Shown: positions 19,131-30,100 of the stretch, one piece after another
Position numbering within the stretch: the stretch's first letter is position 1
How the letters are laid out: each line of letters begins with the position of its first letter
Translations under genes and position numbers: made by a program
The notes under the pieces: generated by a model
Databases searched by the model: none
What the model was told of the DNA's origin: nothing
The model's input: the letters and a program-made list of their open reading frames with translations, nothing else
Virus record (IMG/VR): IMGVR_UViG_3300037483_000443
Coordinates: 1-64,000 of that record
DNA length: 64,000 bases
Direction: 5' to 3' (one strand)
Source: a virus

Positions 19131-19523
19131 ATGGTAACGACTACTAACAATTTTGATCCACAGGTAAAGAACTCAGCATACAACCAGAAGAACGGACGAT
19201 ATGTTCTCGGAGGTTCTACTGAGGTATCTTCATTTGCTCTTGAGATGTGGGATGCGATACAAATTCAACCTGACGTGTCTGACTTTGTATACTTTGTTGA
19301 AAAGAAATATGAAGGTAGACCCGAGATGCTAGGTTACGTCTTTTACGGTGACCCCGGATTGTGGTGGGTTATCTGTCAATACAATAACATTCTTGACCCA
19401 ATGGTTGAATTGATTGAGGGTAAACCGTTACTGATCCCAACTTTTGAGCGTGTCCAAAGCCAAGTTCTTGCTAATTCCACTAAGATCGGTGGAACTTCTT
19501 CTACTAGAACTACTAACAACTAA
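19131..19523 (+). CDS. Baseplate wedge protein gp53-like (LysM-like)
   Basis: YEGRPEMLGYVFYGDPGLWWVICQYNNILDP...LLIP. Confidence 0.8.
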   Translation: MVTTTNNFDPQVKNSAYNQKNGRYVLGGSTEVSSFALEMWDAIQIQPDVSDFVYFVEKKYEGRPEMLGYVFYGDPGLWWVICQYNNILDPMVELIEGKPLLIPTFERVQSQVLANSTKIGGTSSTRTTNN

Positions 19524-21370
19524 TGTCTTCACCTCCTAACCCATTAGATAACTTTTCAACTTACACGTATCATTTTGAGCTGTTCGCGTCATCAAACTAT
19601 GATGATATTGCCAAAGTTGAAAGTTTAGTTTCTAACGTAGCGACCTCATCTACGACAGCATCACAAGTTGCTGGTGTAAGTGCTCCTGTTTTACTTATCA
19701 ACACTCGTCGAGATGCTCATCAAATGATCGACGATGTAAAATTTAGTTACGTTGGACCTTCAAATAATTCTCAGGGATTCATGGTCCCAGATGGGCTTTT
19801 AACACTGAAGGTGTTTGAACCTAATCGAGTTTACTTCCTCCAAAAATTACAAAACTTGATGAGAGATCACAACGTCAGTAACCTTTCTGGTTTGCACTGG
19901 GCTCTCAAGATTTACTTTGTGGGACGCACACCAGAAAATAAGATCGGTTTATTGACAGGGTTTGAGTCAGGTGTTACTATTCCAATTGCATTTTCAGAGT
20001 TAACATCTTCTTTTGGCCCCAAAGGCGGCGAATACAACTTCACTTTCGTTTCTCAGAGCAGCTTTGCGTGCTCTGCTGATCCTCAAGCTCAATCTTTTGT
20101 GATGCTTGCAGGATACTTCAACCAGAACATCTCGATTCAAGCAGCTACAGTTAAAGAAGCACTCAGAAATCTTCAGACAGAGCTGAATGATAAGTACAAG
20201 CAGATGTTTCAAACTGAATTGAAGAGTCCCAACATGCGCCCAATTGAGTACATCATCAATGTACATGACAGTGTGCTCGATGGATCGATCGATTTGGTTG
20301 GTGGAGAGAGTTATGCACCCAACAGTAAAGTTCCGATGGGATTTTCTCGTGACAAGACGATCATCAATTGGATCTTTGACATCTTAAGATCTAGTACTGA
20401 GTTGAACGGTTACATAGGACAGTCAATTCAAAACATTCGAAAGCCTGGACATGAAGGTGTAAATTTTTTCTCTGTCTACCCGGTGTATCGAGCTGGAGAA
20501 AGAGGGTTGCAGATCATCTACCATGTTTTGATGTATAAGGGACAAGGCAAAGACAAGAATGTGCACACCTTTGACTTTATGTTTGGAACTGACAAACATG
20601 TAAACGTAGACGTTCTTGGGTTTGACATGCATATGAACAGTGCTCAAGCATGGTTCTCAAACACCGCAGACAGTAGCACCGCAGGAGTGACTGCGATCGG
20701 TGGTACTCCATCATCACAAAAAGAAGCAGCAAAAGTATATCATGAAGATAGGTCTCAATCTTCTCAGAATGTACAAAAGGGTACATCGTTCTTGATTCCA
20801 GGCGGAAAAGCTAATGACATTCAATATGTTCCAGCTGTGTCTAAATCAGATCAGAACGGTCAAGTCAAAGTCATAAGTGATAAAGCTGCTCAGAATCAAA
20901 AGTTGATGTTTAACTCTATCGTGCAGATGCACTCGGCGTTTGATGCACAAGTTGCAGTAACGATTCGCGGCAATCTTAACATGCTGACAGCTGGGATCAT
21001 CAAACCATACACAACGATTGGAGATCTTCAAAAGATTCCATTTGGGATAGCTGCACCCACGTGGGTCAAAGTTAATGTCAAGCAACGACAGGGCGAAAAT
21101 CAACCTTCTGATTTTTTCTACAGCGGATTGTACAACTTGATTAGCATCGAAAATCACTTCGTTAATGGTCAGTTTACACAAGTGTTGCATGTATTGATGA
21201 TGGGTGACGAACAAGATAAGAAGAGATTTGACGAAGCAGCACCAAGCAATGACGGTAAGACAAACCTGATCAATGACAATCTTGACATTGAACCCAATAT
21301 CTTACAGAAAAATGTTGATCTAAGAGTAGAACAACAATACTTACAAAATAATGCACCTAAGACATCATGA
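19523..21370 (+). CDS. Baseplate hub protein (gp27/VgrG-N-like)
   Basis: NPLDNFSTYTYHFEL start, VTIRGN, YSGLYNLISIENHFVNGQFTQVL end; located between gp53 and gp5. Confidence 0.65.
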   Translation: MSSPPNPLDNFSTYTYHFELFASSNYDDIAKVESLVSNVATSSTTASQVAGVSAPVLLINTRRDAHQMIDDVKFSYVGPSNNSQGFMVPDGLLTLKVFEPNRVYFLQKLQNLMRDHNVSNLSGLHWALKIYFVGRTPENKIGLLTGFESGVTIPIAFSELTSSFGPKGGEYNFTFVSQSSFACSADPQAQSFVMLAGYFNQNISIQAATVKEALRNLQTELNDKYKQMFQTELKSPNMRPIEYIINVHDSVLDGSIDLVGGESYAPNSKVPMGFSRDKTIINWIFDILRSSTELNGYIGQSIQNIRKPGHEGVNFFSVYPVYRAGERGLQIIYHVLMYKGQGKDKNVHTFDFMFGTDKHVNVDVLGFDMHMNSAQAWFSNTADSSTAGVTAIGGTPSSQKEAAKVYHEDRSQSSQNVQKGTSFLIPGGKANDIQYVPAVSKSDQNGQVKVISDKAAQNQKLMFNSIVQMHSAFDAQVAVTIRGNLNMLTAGIIKPYTTIGDLQKIPFGIAAPTWVKVNVKQRQGENQPSDFFYSGLYNLISIENHFVNGQFTQVLHVLMMGDEQDKKRFDEAAPSNDGKTNLINDNLDIEPNILQKNVDLRVEQQYLQNNAPKTS

Positions 21371-22842
21371 GACAACCAGGTAACCCGCTTGTAGGCAATA
21401 ATTTTGCAGTTTCGCTTGGGATCGTCAAGAATAACGCTGACGCTGCACAGCATGGTCGTCTACAAATCTACATTCCATCAATTGATTCTAAGTACTACAA
21501 ACTTGAAGATCTTCCTTGGGCTCTCTACGCATCCCCCTTTGGCGGCTCGGTAGCAAACGTTAAAGCCGGGAGATCAGGGAGTACGATCAGCGGAGTTACT
21601 ACTTATGGTTTTTGGGCGATTCCAAAAATCGGGGCTCAAGTTCTCGTGGGATTTCTTGAGGGAGATCCTCACGTTAGATATTGGTTTAGTAGTCTCTACA
21701 TTCCACAGATGACTCGAACCTTACCACAGTCAATTGATGGAGGCCTCACAGAGATTGAACCTTCGGAACTTTATCCTCAATCTGTGATTGATTTTCAGCA
21801 TTCAAACTTGGTGAAGGCTGGATTGGAGCCGGGATCTCTTCACTACAAAACTCGAGGAGGATACGAGCGTTCTGTATCTTATCCGTCAAACAATGACACA
21901 AATAAACCAACTACAAACGGTTATGGTAAGAAACCCTCTCAAACTGACGTTGCTGATTCGCAAACAATTTGCCTGACATCACCCGGACGTCACTATTTTG
22001 TGATGTCTGATGTAGATGAATATTGTAGAATTCGCCTTAAGACGGCTGAAGGGTCTCAAATCATCTTCGATGATACAAACGAGCGGATCTACATTTCAAC
22101 GGCTCAAGGTAAGAATTGGATTGAGATGGATGAAGGCAATGGAAAGGTCTACATTTATTCTGATTCAAAGTTCATCGTTCGTGCCAAGAATGACATTGAT
22201 TTCTACTCTGATGAGAACATCAACATCGTTGCTAAGAAACGAGTAAACATCAAATCAGAGGATCGCTCGATCAACCTAGAAAGCAATCATGACATTCGAT
22301 TGCTGTCCAATCAGGGCGATGTTATGTTGACCGCGTCTCGTGACATTCATCTAAAGACCGTGAACGGTCCGATCGCTCAAGCAACTGCTGAGAAAGCCGT
22401 TTGTTCTACTGATGTAGGATACGTCTATGAGTGGGCAGAGAAAGCTGGATCATCGACGAGTAGCATACGACTTGATTCGTCAAATAACATCGAAGGCTCT
22501 GCGATGCAAAGCATTGTTCTATCTTCAAAAGATAGCATAAGTCTTCGTTCGATGGTTTCATCTCTTAACTTACAAAGTGGAACTAACATAAACCTCAACG
22601 GTTCGATCGGAATTGACTTTACTTCTCCAACGATCGGATTGAATGCGATCAGTGGTTCTGAAGGTCCATTGCTCGTCCAGGCAACAGGAACGGCAGTATC
22701 TGCAGCTGCTGCCGGATCTGGACAATCAGTTTCCTCTGTCAGTGTGGTAGATCACATGATCTTACCTGAACATGAACCATGGGAGAGAGATGCTGATGAG
22801 CTTAAGTGCAAAACTTCTCGAAATTCCAAGTACCAGGGATAA
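21367..22842 (+). CDS. Baseplate central spike (gp5/VgrG OB-fold and beta-helix)
   Basis: GIVKNNADAAQHGRLQIYIP...LPWA...PKIGAQVLVGFLEGDP; beta-helix repeats; PEHEPW C-terminus. Confidence 0.8.
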   Translation: MRQPGNPLVGNNFAVSLGIVKNNADAAQHGRLQIYIPSIDSKYYKLEDLPWALYASPFGGSVANVKAGRSGSTISGVTTYGFWAIPKIGAQVLVGFLEGDPHVRYWFSSLYIPQMTRTLPQSIDGGLTEIEPSELYPQSVIDFQHSNLVKAGLEPGSLHYKTRGGYERSVSYPSNNDTNKPTTNGYGKKPSQTDVADSQTICLTSPGRHYFVMSDVDEYCRIRLKTAEGSQIIFDDTNERIYISTAQGKNWIEMDEGNGKVYIYSDSKFIVRAKNDIDFYSDENINIVAKKRVNIKSEDRSINLESNHDIRLLSNQGDVMLTASRDIHLKTVNGPIAQATAEKAVCSTDVGYVYEWAEKAGSSTSSIRLDSSNNIEGSAMQSIVLSSKDSISLRSMVSSLNLQSGTNINLNGSIGIDFTSPTIGLNAISGSEGPLLVQATGTAVSAAAAGSGQSVSSVSVVDHMILPEHEPWERDADELKCKTSRNSKYQG

Positions 22843-22880
22843 GCAAGAAGCTTAAATAGATCGTTATTCTGAAAGAAAGT

Positions 22881-23261
22881 ATGGCCTCATTCAAGAAATT
22901 CTACAAAGGTTTCTCTACTCGCTACTATGAAGAGCAAGGGGGAGGTTTTAGTCTGAGCGACGTTGCCTGTATTGAAGAAGATATCATGAATGAGATCTTT
23001 ACCGAGAGAGGATCTCGTCTCTACATGCCAACTTACGGTACTCGCATCCCATTGCTCACCTTTGAACCAAATGACGCGGCTACGATGGACGTAATTCGTG
23101 AGGACCTTCAAACAGTTGTCGATCATGACCCTAGAGTAACTCTTTTGGACATGGCAGTCATGCAAGCACCTGATAGCAACATGATCATTGCTGTTATTCG
23201 TCTAGGGTATATTGAATTTCAAGTTACCCAAGATCTCTACATCGAGATCAACAGTCAATAA
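22881..23261 (+). CDS. Baseplate wedge subunit gp25-like
   Basis: TERGSRLYMPTYGTRI...FEP...DPRV. Confidence 0.85.
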   Translation: MASFKKFYKGFSTRYYEEQGGGFSLSDVACIEEDIMNEIFTERGSRLYMPTYGTRIPLLTFEPNDAATMDVIREDLQTVVDHDPRVTLLDMAVMQAPDSNMIIAVIRLGYIEFQVTQDLYIEINSQ

Positions 23262-23313
23262 TTAGTAAGCAACTGTCTCATAAATAAACGGAATCTACTT
23301 TAAGATAAATCCG

Positions 23314-23547
23314 ATGGCAACTACAAATCTACTTACAGAGATGAAATTAAGAGCTGCTCAAAAGAGCACAGGAAGAACTCACTCTGAAGAATCAAAGAAA
23401 GTGATGAGAGAAAAAAGGCTTCAAAGAACAATTCAACCTTGGAGTGAAAAGAATCATTCCGAAGAAACTAAACAAAAAATAGCAGAAGGCCAAAGACTAG
23501 CTTGGGAGAAAAGAAGAATTCTCAAGAATAAAGGTGTATCACTATGA
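23314..23547 (+). CDS. NUMOD3-only mini protein (homing endonuclease remnant)
   Basis: Two NUMOD3-like units (GRTHSEESKKVMRE, NHSEETKQKI), no nuclease domain; own TAAATA at 23281. Confidence 0.6.
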   Translation: MATTNLLTEMKLRAAQKSTGRTHSEESKKVMREKRLQRTIQPWSEKNHSEETKQKIAEGQRLAWEKRRILKNKGVSL

Positions 23548-26500
23548 GTACAACGTCATTATTAGCAGTAGCAGAATCTTGGGAAAAGGTCTATAAGGCA
23601 TTTCAATCTATAAATTTTACCGCTTATGACTATAACGCCGTCAAGCAGTCTCTCATAGATTATCTGAAGCTCCAATACCCAGAGAACTTCAATGACTACA
23701 TCGAGTCTTCGCAACTAATCGCTCTCGTTGAAACGTTTGCATACGTTGCTGAATTGCTAGCTTATCGCGTTGACCTCTCGGTTCATGAGAGCATGATGCC
23801 GACAGCAACTAGAAAGCAAAGCATTCTGCGTCTTGCAAAACTCATATCTTATTCTTCCTCACGAAATCTTCCACTGAGAGGACTAGTAAAGATCAATTCT
23901 ATTTCAATCTCAGAGAACTTTACTGACTCACAGGGAAATTCTCTGTCAAATCGAGTTATAAATTGGAATGACCAGAACAACACTCTTTGGAGAGAACAAT
24001 TCTTCACCGCAATTGACAAGGTGATGACTCAAAGTTATGGAAACCCATACAAGTCATTTCAGATTGACAACACGATCTTTCAACAGTATGAGATTCGAAA
24101 TGTTCTTGAAACAGAGAGCATCGGTAGTGCGTTTCAAAACGGAGTTCTTAAAACTTCAACGACGGTAAATGGTACGAGCTTACCGTTTGAGTTGGTTTCG
24201 GCTGATCTTGATCAGTCAGGCGTCTTTGAGCGATCACCTAATCCCAATGCTTATTTCTCGTTCATTTACGGAGATGATGGATTTGGTGACGCATCTGACA
24301 CAACCGGGTTCATGATGTTCACTAAGCAGGGAGTTTTGCAAAAACTCCCATTCATTTTTGACATCAATCTTCCTAATCGCACTCTTGACGTTAACATCCC
24401 AAACATCAATGATTCTGACGTTTGGATTCAACAGGTTGATTCCCGTGGAATCATCCAGAGCAATTGGGAACAAGTACCAAATGTGGCTGGTGTAAATCTC
24501 ATCTTCAACAATGTTCAAACGATGAACAAGTATGAAGTTGAAACCTTAGAGAATGATCAAATTAGAATTATCTTTGGTGACGGGGATTTTGCTGCAATGC
24601 CCACTGGAATTTTCAACATCTGGGTTCGTTCATCCACTTCCGGGGGATTGACGGTACCTAAGACGTTGATCTCTAATCAAGCTGTTACCTTCAGCTATAC
24701 GTCTCGCACAGGTACGGTTGAAAGTTGTACGTTGACTTATTCACTTGTTGGTGCGCTTCAAAATTCTGCACCAACCGAAAGTGTGTCTCACATTAAGAAC
24801 GTTGCACCGTCCGTATACTATACACAAGATCGTATGGTCAATGGCCAGGATTACAATTCTTATCTATTACAAGACCCAACGATTCTTCGTCTCAATGCAA
24901 TCAATCGTACCTTTGCTGGACAGCCAAAGTACATCAATTGGAACGACGCATCTGGATCTTATCAGAACGTCAAGATCTTTGGTAATGATCTTCGTATTTA
25001 CTATGACATCGGATCGCTTACACAATCATCGACGATCTCAGAACGATCTCTCATAGATGACGTTATCGAGCCGGAATTGTCGATTGCTGGTATCAGCAAT
25101 CTGTTGATTTACGCAACTTACAAGACACCTCTTCAACTTACATATACGGCACCGTCAGGACCAGTTACAATAGACGTCCATCCTTACTTTCGGCCTCGTA
25201 CAAAGTTCATAGAAGATGTTACTCAGTTGATCAACAACATCACTATACAAGAGAAGACCGAGATCCAAGGCATCATAGACCGTCACTGGTATGGCGAAGC
25301 ACAAACGACAGTTCAGCTTGATTCTAATCTCTCTGACGTCTCAAGCAATCCAAAGTCAATATACTATGTTGTCAACAATGATACCGATCAACGAATTTGG
25401 CCTTCTACTGTAAAGTGTGTAGTTCAGGATTCTACTACGGGACTGTATAGTCTAATTTCAACCCCAAACGGGACTTCTGGAATCCAAGAAACTGTCATCA
25501 GAGATCGTAGATTTGCAATCACGTATACACCAACCCGCCCGTTTGCGTCTACATTGCAGATCGGCGACCCAGGAACTCTTGATAGTGGGTTCCCGACCTC
25601 CAACGTTCTAGCTTACACTGACGTCAACCAAACACTGGCTACAGAAGACGTATACACGATTGAATTTACTGACAAAGTTGGATCTTTTACTGTTCATAGT
25701 TCAACGCATGGAAATCGCACAGCTGGAAAAATTGGTACCAATTACACCGATGGTATCTTTAGCTTTATCATCGGTCCTAGTACCGCAGTTTCTGTACCCG
25801 GTGATGCATTTGTTGTCTCAATAAATCTAGACAACACTGGTCACTACGTACCTAACGTGCTGACGACCAATTTGACGGGTCGATTTAACGTAATAGACAG
25901 CACCGTTCTTACTGGAAACGCCGAGCAGCTTGAATATAATCCAGCTGATCCCGTTGCATCTTGGATATTCATTATCACTAGGACAGATGATGTAAATGCC
26001 AACACGTTATACTGGACGATGACCAGACGCGATTTCAGTTTGGTCATGGAAAGTTCAACGACAAAGTTCTGGTACAATCAGAACATGACGATCATCGACC
26101 CTACTACACAACTACCTGTAGTAGACATGATCAGGTTGTTGAAGTCAAATCTTAATGCGGCTAGATCTGCAGCAATAGGGACAGATCATATCTACAATAT
26201 AGTTGCCGACGTTAAGTATAAGAACGGTGAAGTCAACTTCAATGCTCTTGAAGTTGCTCCGGCTGATTCTCACTTGAACATTACTACAGCAGTTTCTGGT
26301 ACAGCTACAGATTCTTTGCAGTTTTTGAGTTTTGTCGGTGATAACGATTACGTCTACTTTTCAATTGACTCTAGAACTGGAAACTATATCCCAGTTAACT
26401 CCACTACATATCTATCATCACTAACGTACACAAACAACGTGTCATCAGATGGTCTTTATGCTCGTCGTATCGGCAGAGATAATCTTGATTTTCTATGGCA

Positions 26501-27092
26501 GCATTTTACTCCGTTAGATAATCTAATTGATCCATCTCCTTCAAACATCATAGATGTTTACGTCTTGACTAGCGGATACTATTCACAGATCCTAGAGTAT
26601 GTCAATGGTGTTATGGTGACGGAACCCAAGCCACCTTCTTCTCTTGAGTTGCGTAACACGTATAGAAGTCTATTACAGAATAAGATGATCTCTGACTCGG
26701 TGATCATGCACAGCGGCAGTGTTAAGCTTTTGTTTGGAAGTTTAGCAATCCCAGAGTTGAGAACGAAATTTAAGGTAGTTTTATCACCGTCGGCTACCTT
26801 GACCGGTGATCAAGTACGTGCAAGCGTACTTGCAACTATTAATTCCTACTTCACCATCGATAACTGGGACTTTGGTCAGAGCTTCTATGCTACTGAACTT
26901 TGCGCTGTAATTCACCAAAAACTATTTTCCGAAATTTCATCTGTCGTGATGGTTCCTGAGTTCCCGACGAATTATTTTGGAGATCTGTTCTTCCTCAGAA
27001 GTAGTCCTAATGAAGTTTTCATTTCATGTGCAACGATCGATAATATTGAGATTATCACTAGCATTGACCGGATGACGATGAAACAGAAGTAA
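23544..27092 (+). CDS. Baseplate wedge protein (gp6-like)
   Basis: FTAYDY...YPENFNDYIESS...SILRLAKLISY; IIFGDG; QDRMVNGQDY; WDFGQSFY. Confidence 0.85.
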   Translation: MSTTSLLAVAESWEKVYKAFQSINFTAYDYNAVKQSLIDYLKLQYPENFNDYIESSQLIALVETFAYVAELLAYRVDLSVHESMMPTATRKQSILRLAKLISYSSSRNLPLRGLVKINSISISENFTDSQGNSLSNRVINWNDQNNTLWREQFFTAIDKVMTQSYGNPYKSFQIDNTIFQQYEIRNVLETESIGSAFQNGVLKTSTTVNGTSLPFELVSADLDQSGVFERSPNPNAYFSFIYGDDGFGDASDTTGFMMFTKQGVLQKLPFIFDINLPNRTLDVNIPNINDSDVWIQQVDSRGIIQSNWEQVPNVAGVNLIFNNVQTMNKYEVETLENDQIRIIFGDGDFAAMPTGIFNIWVRSSTSGGLTVPKTLISNQAVTFSYTSRTGTVESCTLTYSLVGALQNSAPTESVSHIKNVAPSVYYTQDRMVNGQDYNSYLLQDPTILRLNAINRTFAGQPKYINWNDASGSYQNVKIFGNDLRIYYDIGSLTQSSTISERSLIDDVIEPELSIAGISNLLIYATYKTPLQLTYTAPSGPVTIDVHPYFRPRTKFIEDVTQLINNITIQEKTEIQGIIDRHWYGEAQTTVQLDSNLSDVSSNPKSIYYVVNNDTDQRIWPSTVKCVVQDSTTGLYSLISTPNGTSGIQETVIRDRRFAITYTPTRPFASTLQIGDPGTLDSGFPTSNVLAYTDVNQTLATEDVYTIEFTDKVGSFTVHSSTHGNRTAGKIGTNYTDGIFSFIIGPSTAVSVPGDAFVVSINLDNTGHYVPNVLTTNLTGRFNVIDSTVLTGNAEQLEYNPADPVASWIFIITRTDDVNANTLYWTMTRRDFSLVMESSTTKFWYNQNMTIIDPTTQLPVVDMIRLLKSNLNAARSAAIGTDHIYNIVADVKYKNGEVNFNALEVAPADSHLNITTAVSGTATDSLQFLSFVGDNDYVYFSIDSRTGNYIPVNSTTYLSSLTYTNNVSSDGLYARRIGRDNLDFLWQHFTPLDNLIDPSPSNIIDVYVLTSGYYSQILEYVNGVMVTEPKPPSSLELRNTYRSLLQNKMISDSVIMHSGSVKLLFGSLAIPELRTKFKVVLSPSATLTGDQVRASVLATINSYFTIDNWDFGQSFYATELCAVIHQKLFSEISSVVMVPEFPTNYFGDLFFLRSSPNEVFISCATIDNIEIITSIDRMTMKQK

Positions 27093-27145
27093 AGGTCGTT
27101 TTTAGAAGATTGTCCCTTGTGTAAATAATCATTACGAGGAAAATT

Positions 27146-30100
27146 ATGGCAAACTCTCTAGATCTTACTTCATTACTACCAAACCGAAACCGCGATCGTA
27201 CCATCGACGGTTTGCTTAAGAATCTTTTCAACCGATTCTTAAGCAAACCTGATACCGTTCCTCTCTATGGATTTGTCGGTGATCAATCTGAGCTTTCTCC
27301 AGGTGAAGTTCAGATCACAGAAACAGATCTTGAAAGACAGATCAATCAACTTGAACCCTTTATCTTTTCTCAGCATGCTTCTGAGAAGATAGTTACATCA
27401 TGGTTTGATCTCATCCAAAAGCTTGTTGTATTGGGAGTAGACTATACAACGTTGAACCAGTGGTTCAACAGTAAAAGCTATAACTTTGTCCCTCCGATTG
27501 ACCTGGATAAGTTCTGTAACTTTCAGAATTACTTCTGGATAGGTAATTGGTTCCTGACAAAACCGGCACTAGATTACACTTCTCTTGGATTTGCAACCGT
27601 TTCTACGTATCACGTAGCACCATTTGCCGCTTGGAATAATTCTACTCTAAGTCCTGAGTATTACGTGATTGCCAGAGGGCCACTTCAAACAAATGGCGCT
27701 CCGATAGCTCCTCAGCCTACGTTTTCTAATTCTAGTTCATGGTCTGATTGGTCTTACGGCAACCTTTGGGTTCATCGAGCCGATCTCATTAACTTTGCAA
27801 ATCAGCATAAGATTGATGTATCTATCTCTACTGCAGTACAAGCTACTCGACCGATCATAGAATATTCAGCGTATGTAGGATTAAACGTTGCGCAGACTTC
27901 TGCGGGTGTACCAACGGATGCTGCGTTGGGAACTGGGGTTCCTCAAGCTAAACAGTTCATGAACCAACTGCCGTTGTTCGATCTCTATTACTATGACAAG
28001 ATTCATGCTGGAGTAACTAGTTCAATTTTCTACTACACGGAAGCCCAAGATCAGCCGGTTGACAGTGTGATAGGGCGTCGCCTGACTGTAGATGCAAACG
28101 GTGATTTTATTTTCGGTCACTCCTTGGTGAATTCTATCGACAATTCACTATATTTCTATAAACTGTATGACACCGTAACTACAGTAGCAGGCTCTCACTT
28201 CAAGATGCTAACTATTTGGAGAGAAGGACCTGATGATGCGATAAAATACGTGAAATACGATACATCTGGTTCGCTCATCGACCTTGACAAATTTGTCAAT
28301 TTTTCTAATTACTTCTGGGTTGGTATTGATGCTACACCACAGCCGTCTTATAACCCAACTGGATTGCCCGAGTATTACACGATCGCAAAGGGTGGTACTT
28401 CTGACTGGTCTGTCTACAATTACTGGACTCACGTTAGTGCTTTAAATCGCGCGGATTTGACAAGATATGTACAAGCAACAAAGCCAATCATTGAGTTTAA
28501 TGTAGCACTTGAAAGTCAATTAGTTGTCTATGGGAAAACTGTTCGCGCTGAAATGCCGATTTTCAAGCACTTTGTGTTTGATCAACCAACACAGTCATTC
28601 CAACAGATTCCTCGAGACAATGACAATGATGCATACCTGGCTGGTCATTTGTTTGCACGTCTCTCAGATCTTCCTGCTAGTACACAAGCCGCGGTTACGA
28701 CAAACCCAGAAATCTACACGAACAATTGCTTTAGCTATAACAATGAGATCTACATACAGGGATTGTTCAACGGATCTTACTATGCGTTTGACACCTCATT
28801 GAATTTTTATGGATACAAGTCTCGCCTGGTATCTTTCAACGGTGAGGGTAACGGTAGTGCTACGATCAATGCTCTTAGCTCAACGGCATACCCAGAACTT
28901 ATCGTTCTGACTTATAATGGAACTTCATTTAATGCCGTTGGTAGCGTTTCTGGAGATAATGGATTTGTTGACGTGGGGGTAGAAACTTCTATCCAAGGCA
29001 TCACGATCAAAATTGACGTAGGAAGCACACCTTACGCGATTGGTGACGTTTATACCTTTGAGATTACGAGCTACGTGTTCTCTCCAGTCAACATTTACGT
29101 ATACGTCAACGGAGTATATAGAACTCTAAACTCTCCTATTCAGATTACTACTCAAGTTCAAAACACAACCGTTGTTGAAACTGACGTATCCCGCCAAGAT
29201 GGTGTTTGGACACCTCCCCCACAACTTGAATGGAACATTCTAAATGAGACAAGATCTACTGTCAGTGAAGGGGATCTCTACTATCATTTAACTTCTATCA
29301 TCGCAGCACAGCCTGGACTTATTGGATCTGCTACTGGAACGAACAACTGGAGAACATTATCACCGGATGTAGGACTTGGTGGTAAGATCAAACAGTTTGA
29401 TGGGAATACTGCACTACTTATTTCAATGTTGATGCAGAGAGGAATTTCTACCCTTTCTCTGATTGAGTTCGCCCGTGAGTCTTACCAAGCATTTTCCACC
29501 TCAATCAGAACATTTGTTCAAGACATTTTGCCTGACATGATCGCGGCAGGGCAAATCTCCCTTCCGAAGAATGTACCGGCTGGTATCTTCGTTAATGGGC
29601 AATCTTACGTTATCACTGAGATCGGAACTACTGACTTTACGGCGATAGGAGCTTCTAGTAACTCCATCGGTCTATCGTTTATTGCTACCGGTCCTGGAGA
29701 TGGTACTGGCTCTGCTGACGAAAACTCAATTGATTCTGAAATTGTTTCTTCTTTCATGACGTACTTCAGCCGTCAATCTCCGCTGGTTCTCTCAACGTCG
29801 ACTCCAGTAGATGACACTATATCTAGCCCCTTCTATGATTCGACTGCTGAGATCTTCAACTTGGTAATTACTCTTCCGTACATGGGGTTGACACCTAAAG
29901 CACTGCCTCAGAAGATCTTTGATGCTGATTTGAATCTAGAGATGCTTGTTCACCATGATGGTCACCGAACCAAACTAGAATCTAATCCAACCGACCTTGC
30001 TAAAAAGTTAGCACAAAAACTATACGTGCGCTCTCCAGGAGAATCTACTCCTGGATTTATCGCGGCTGATTATCCAGTACGCCCGTACGCCGGACAATTC

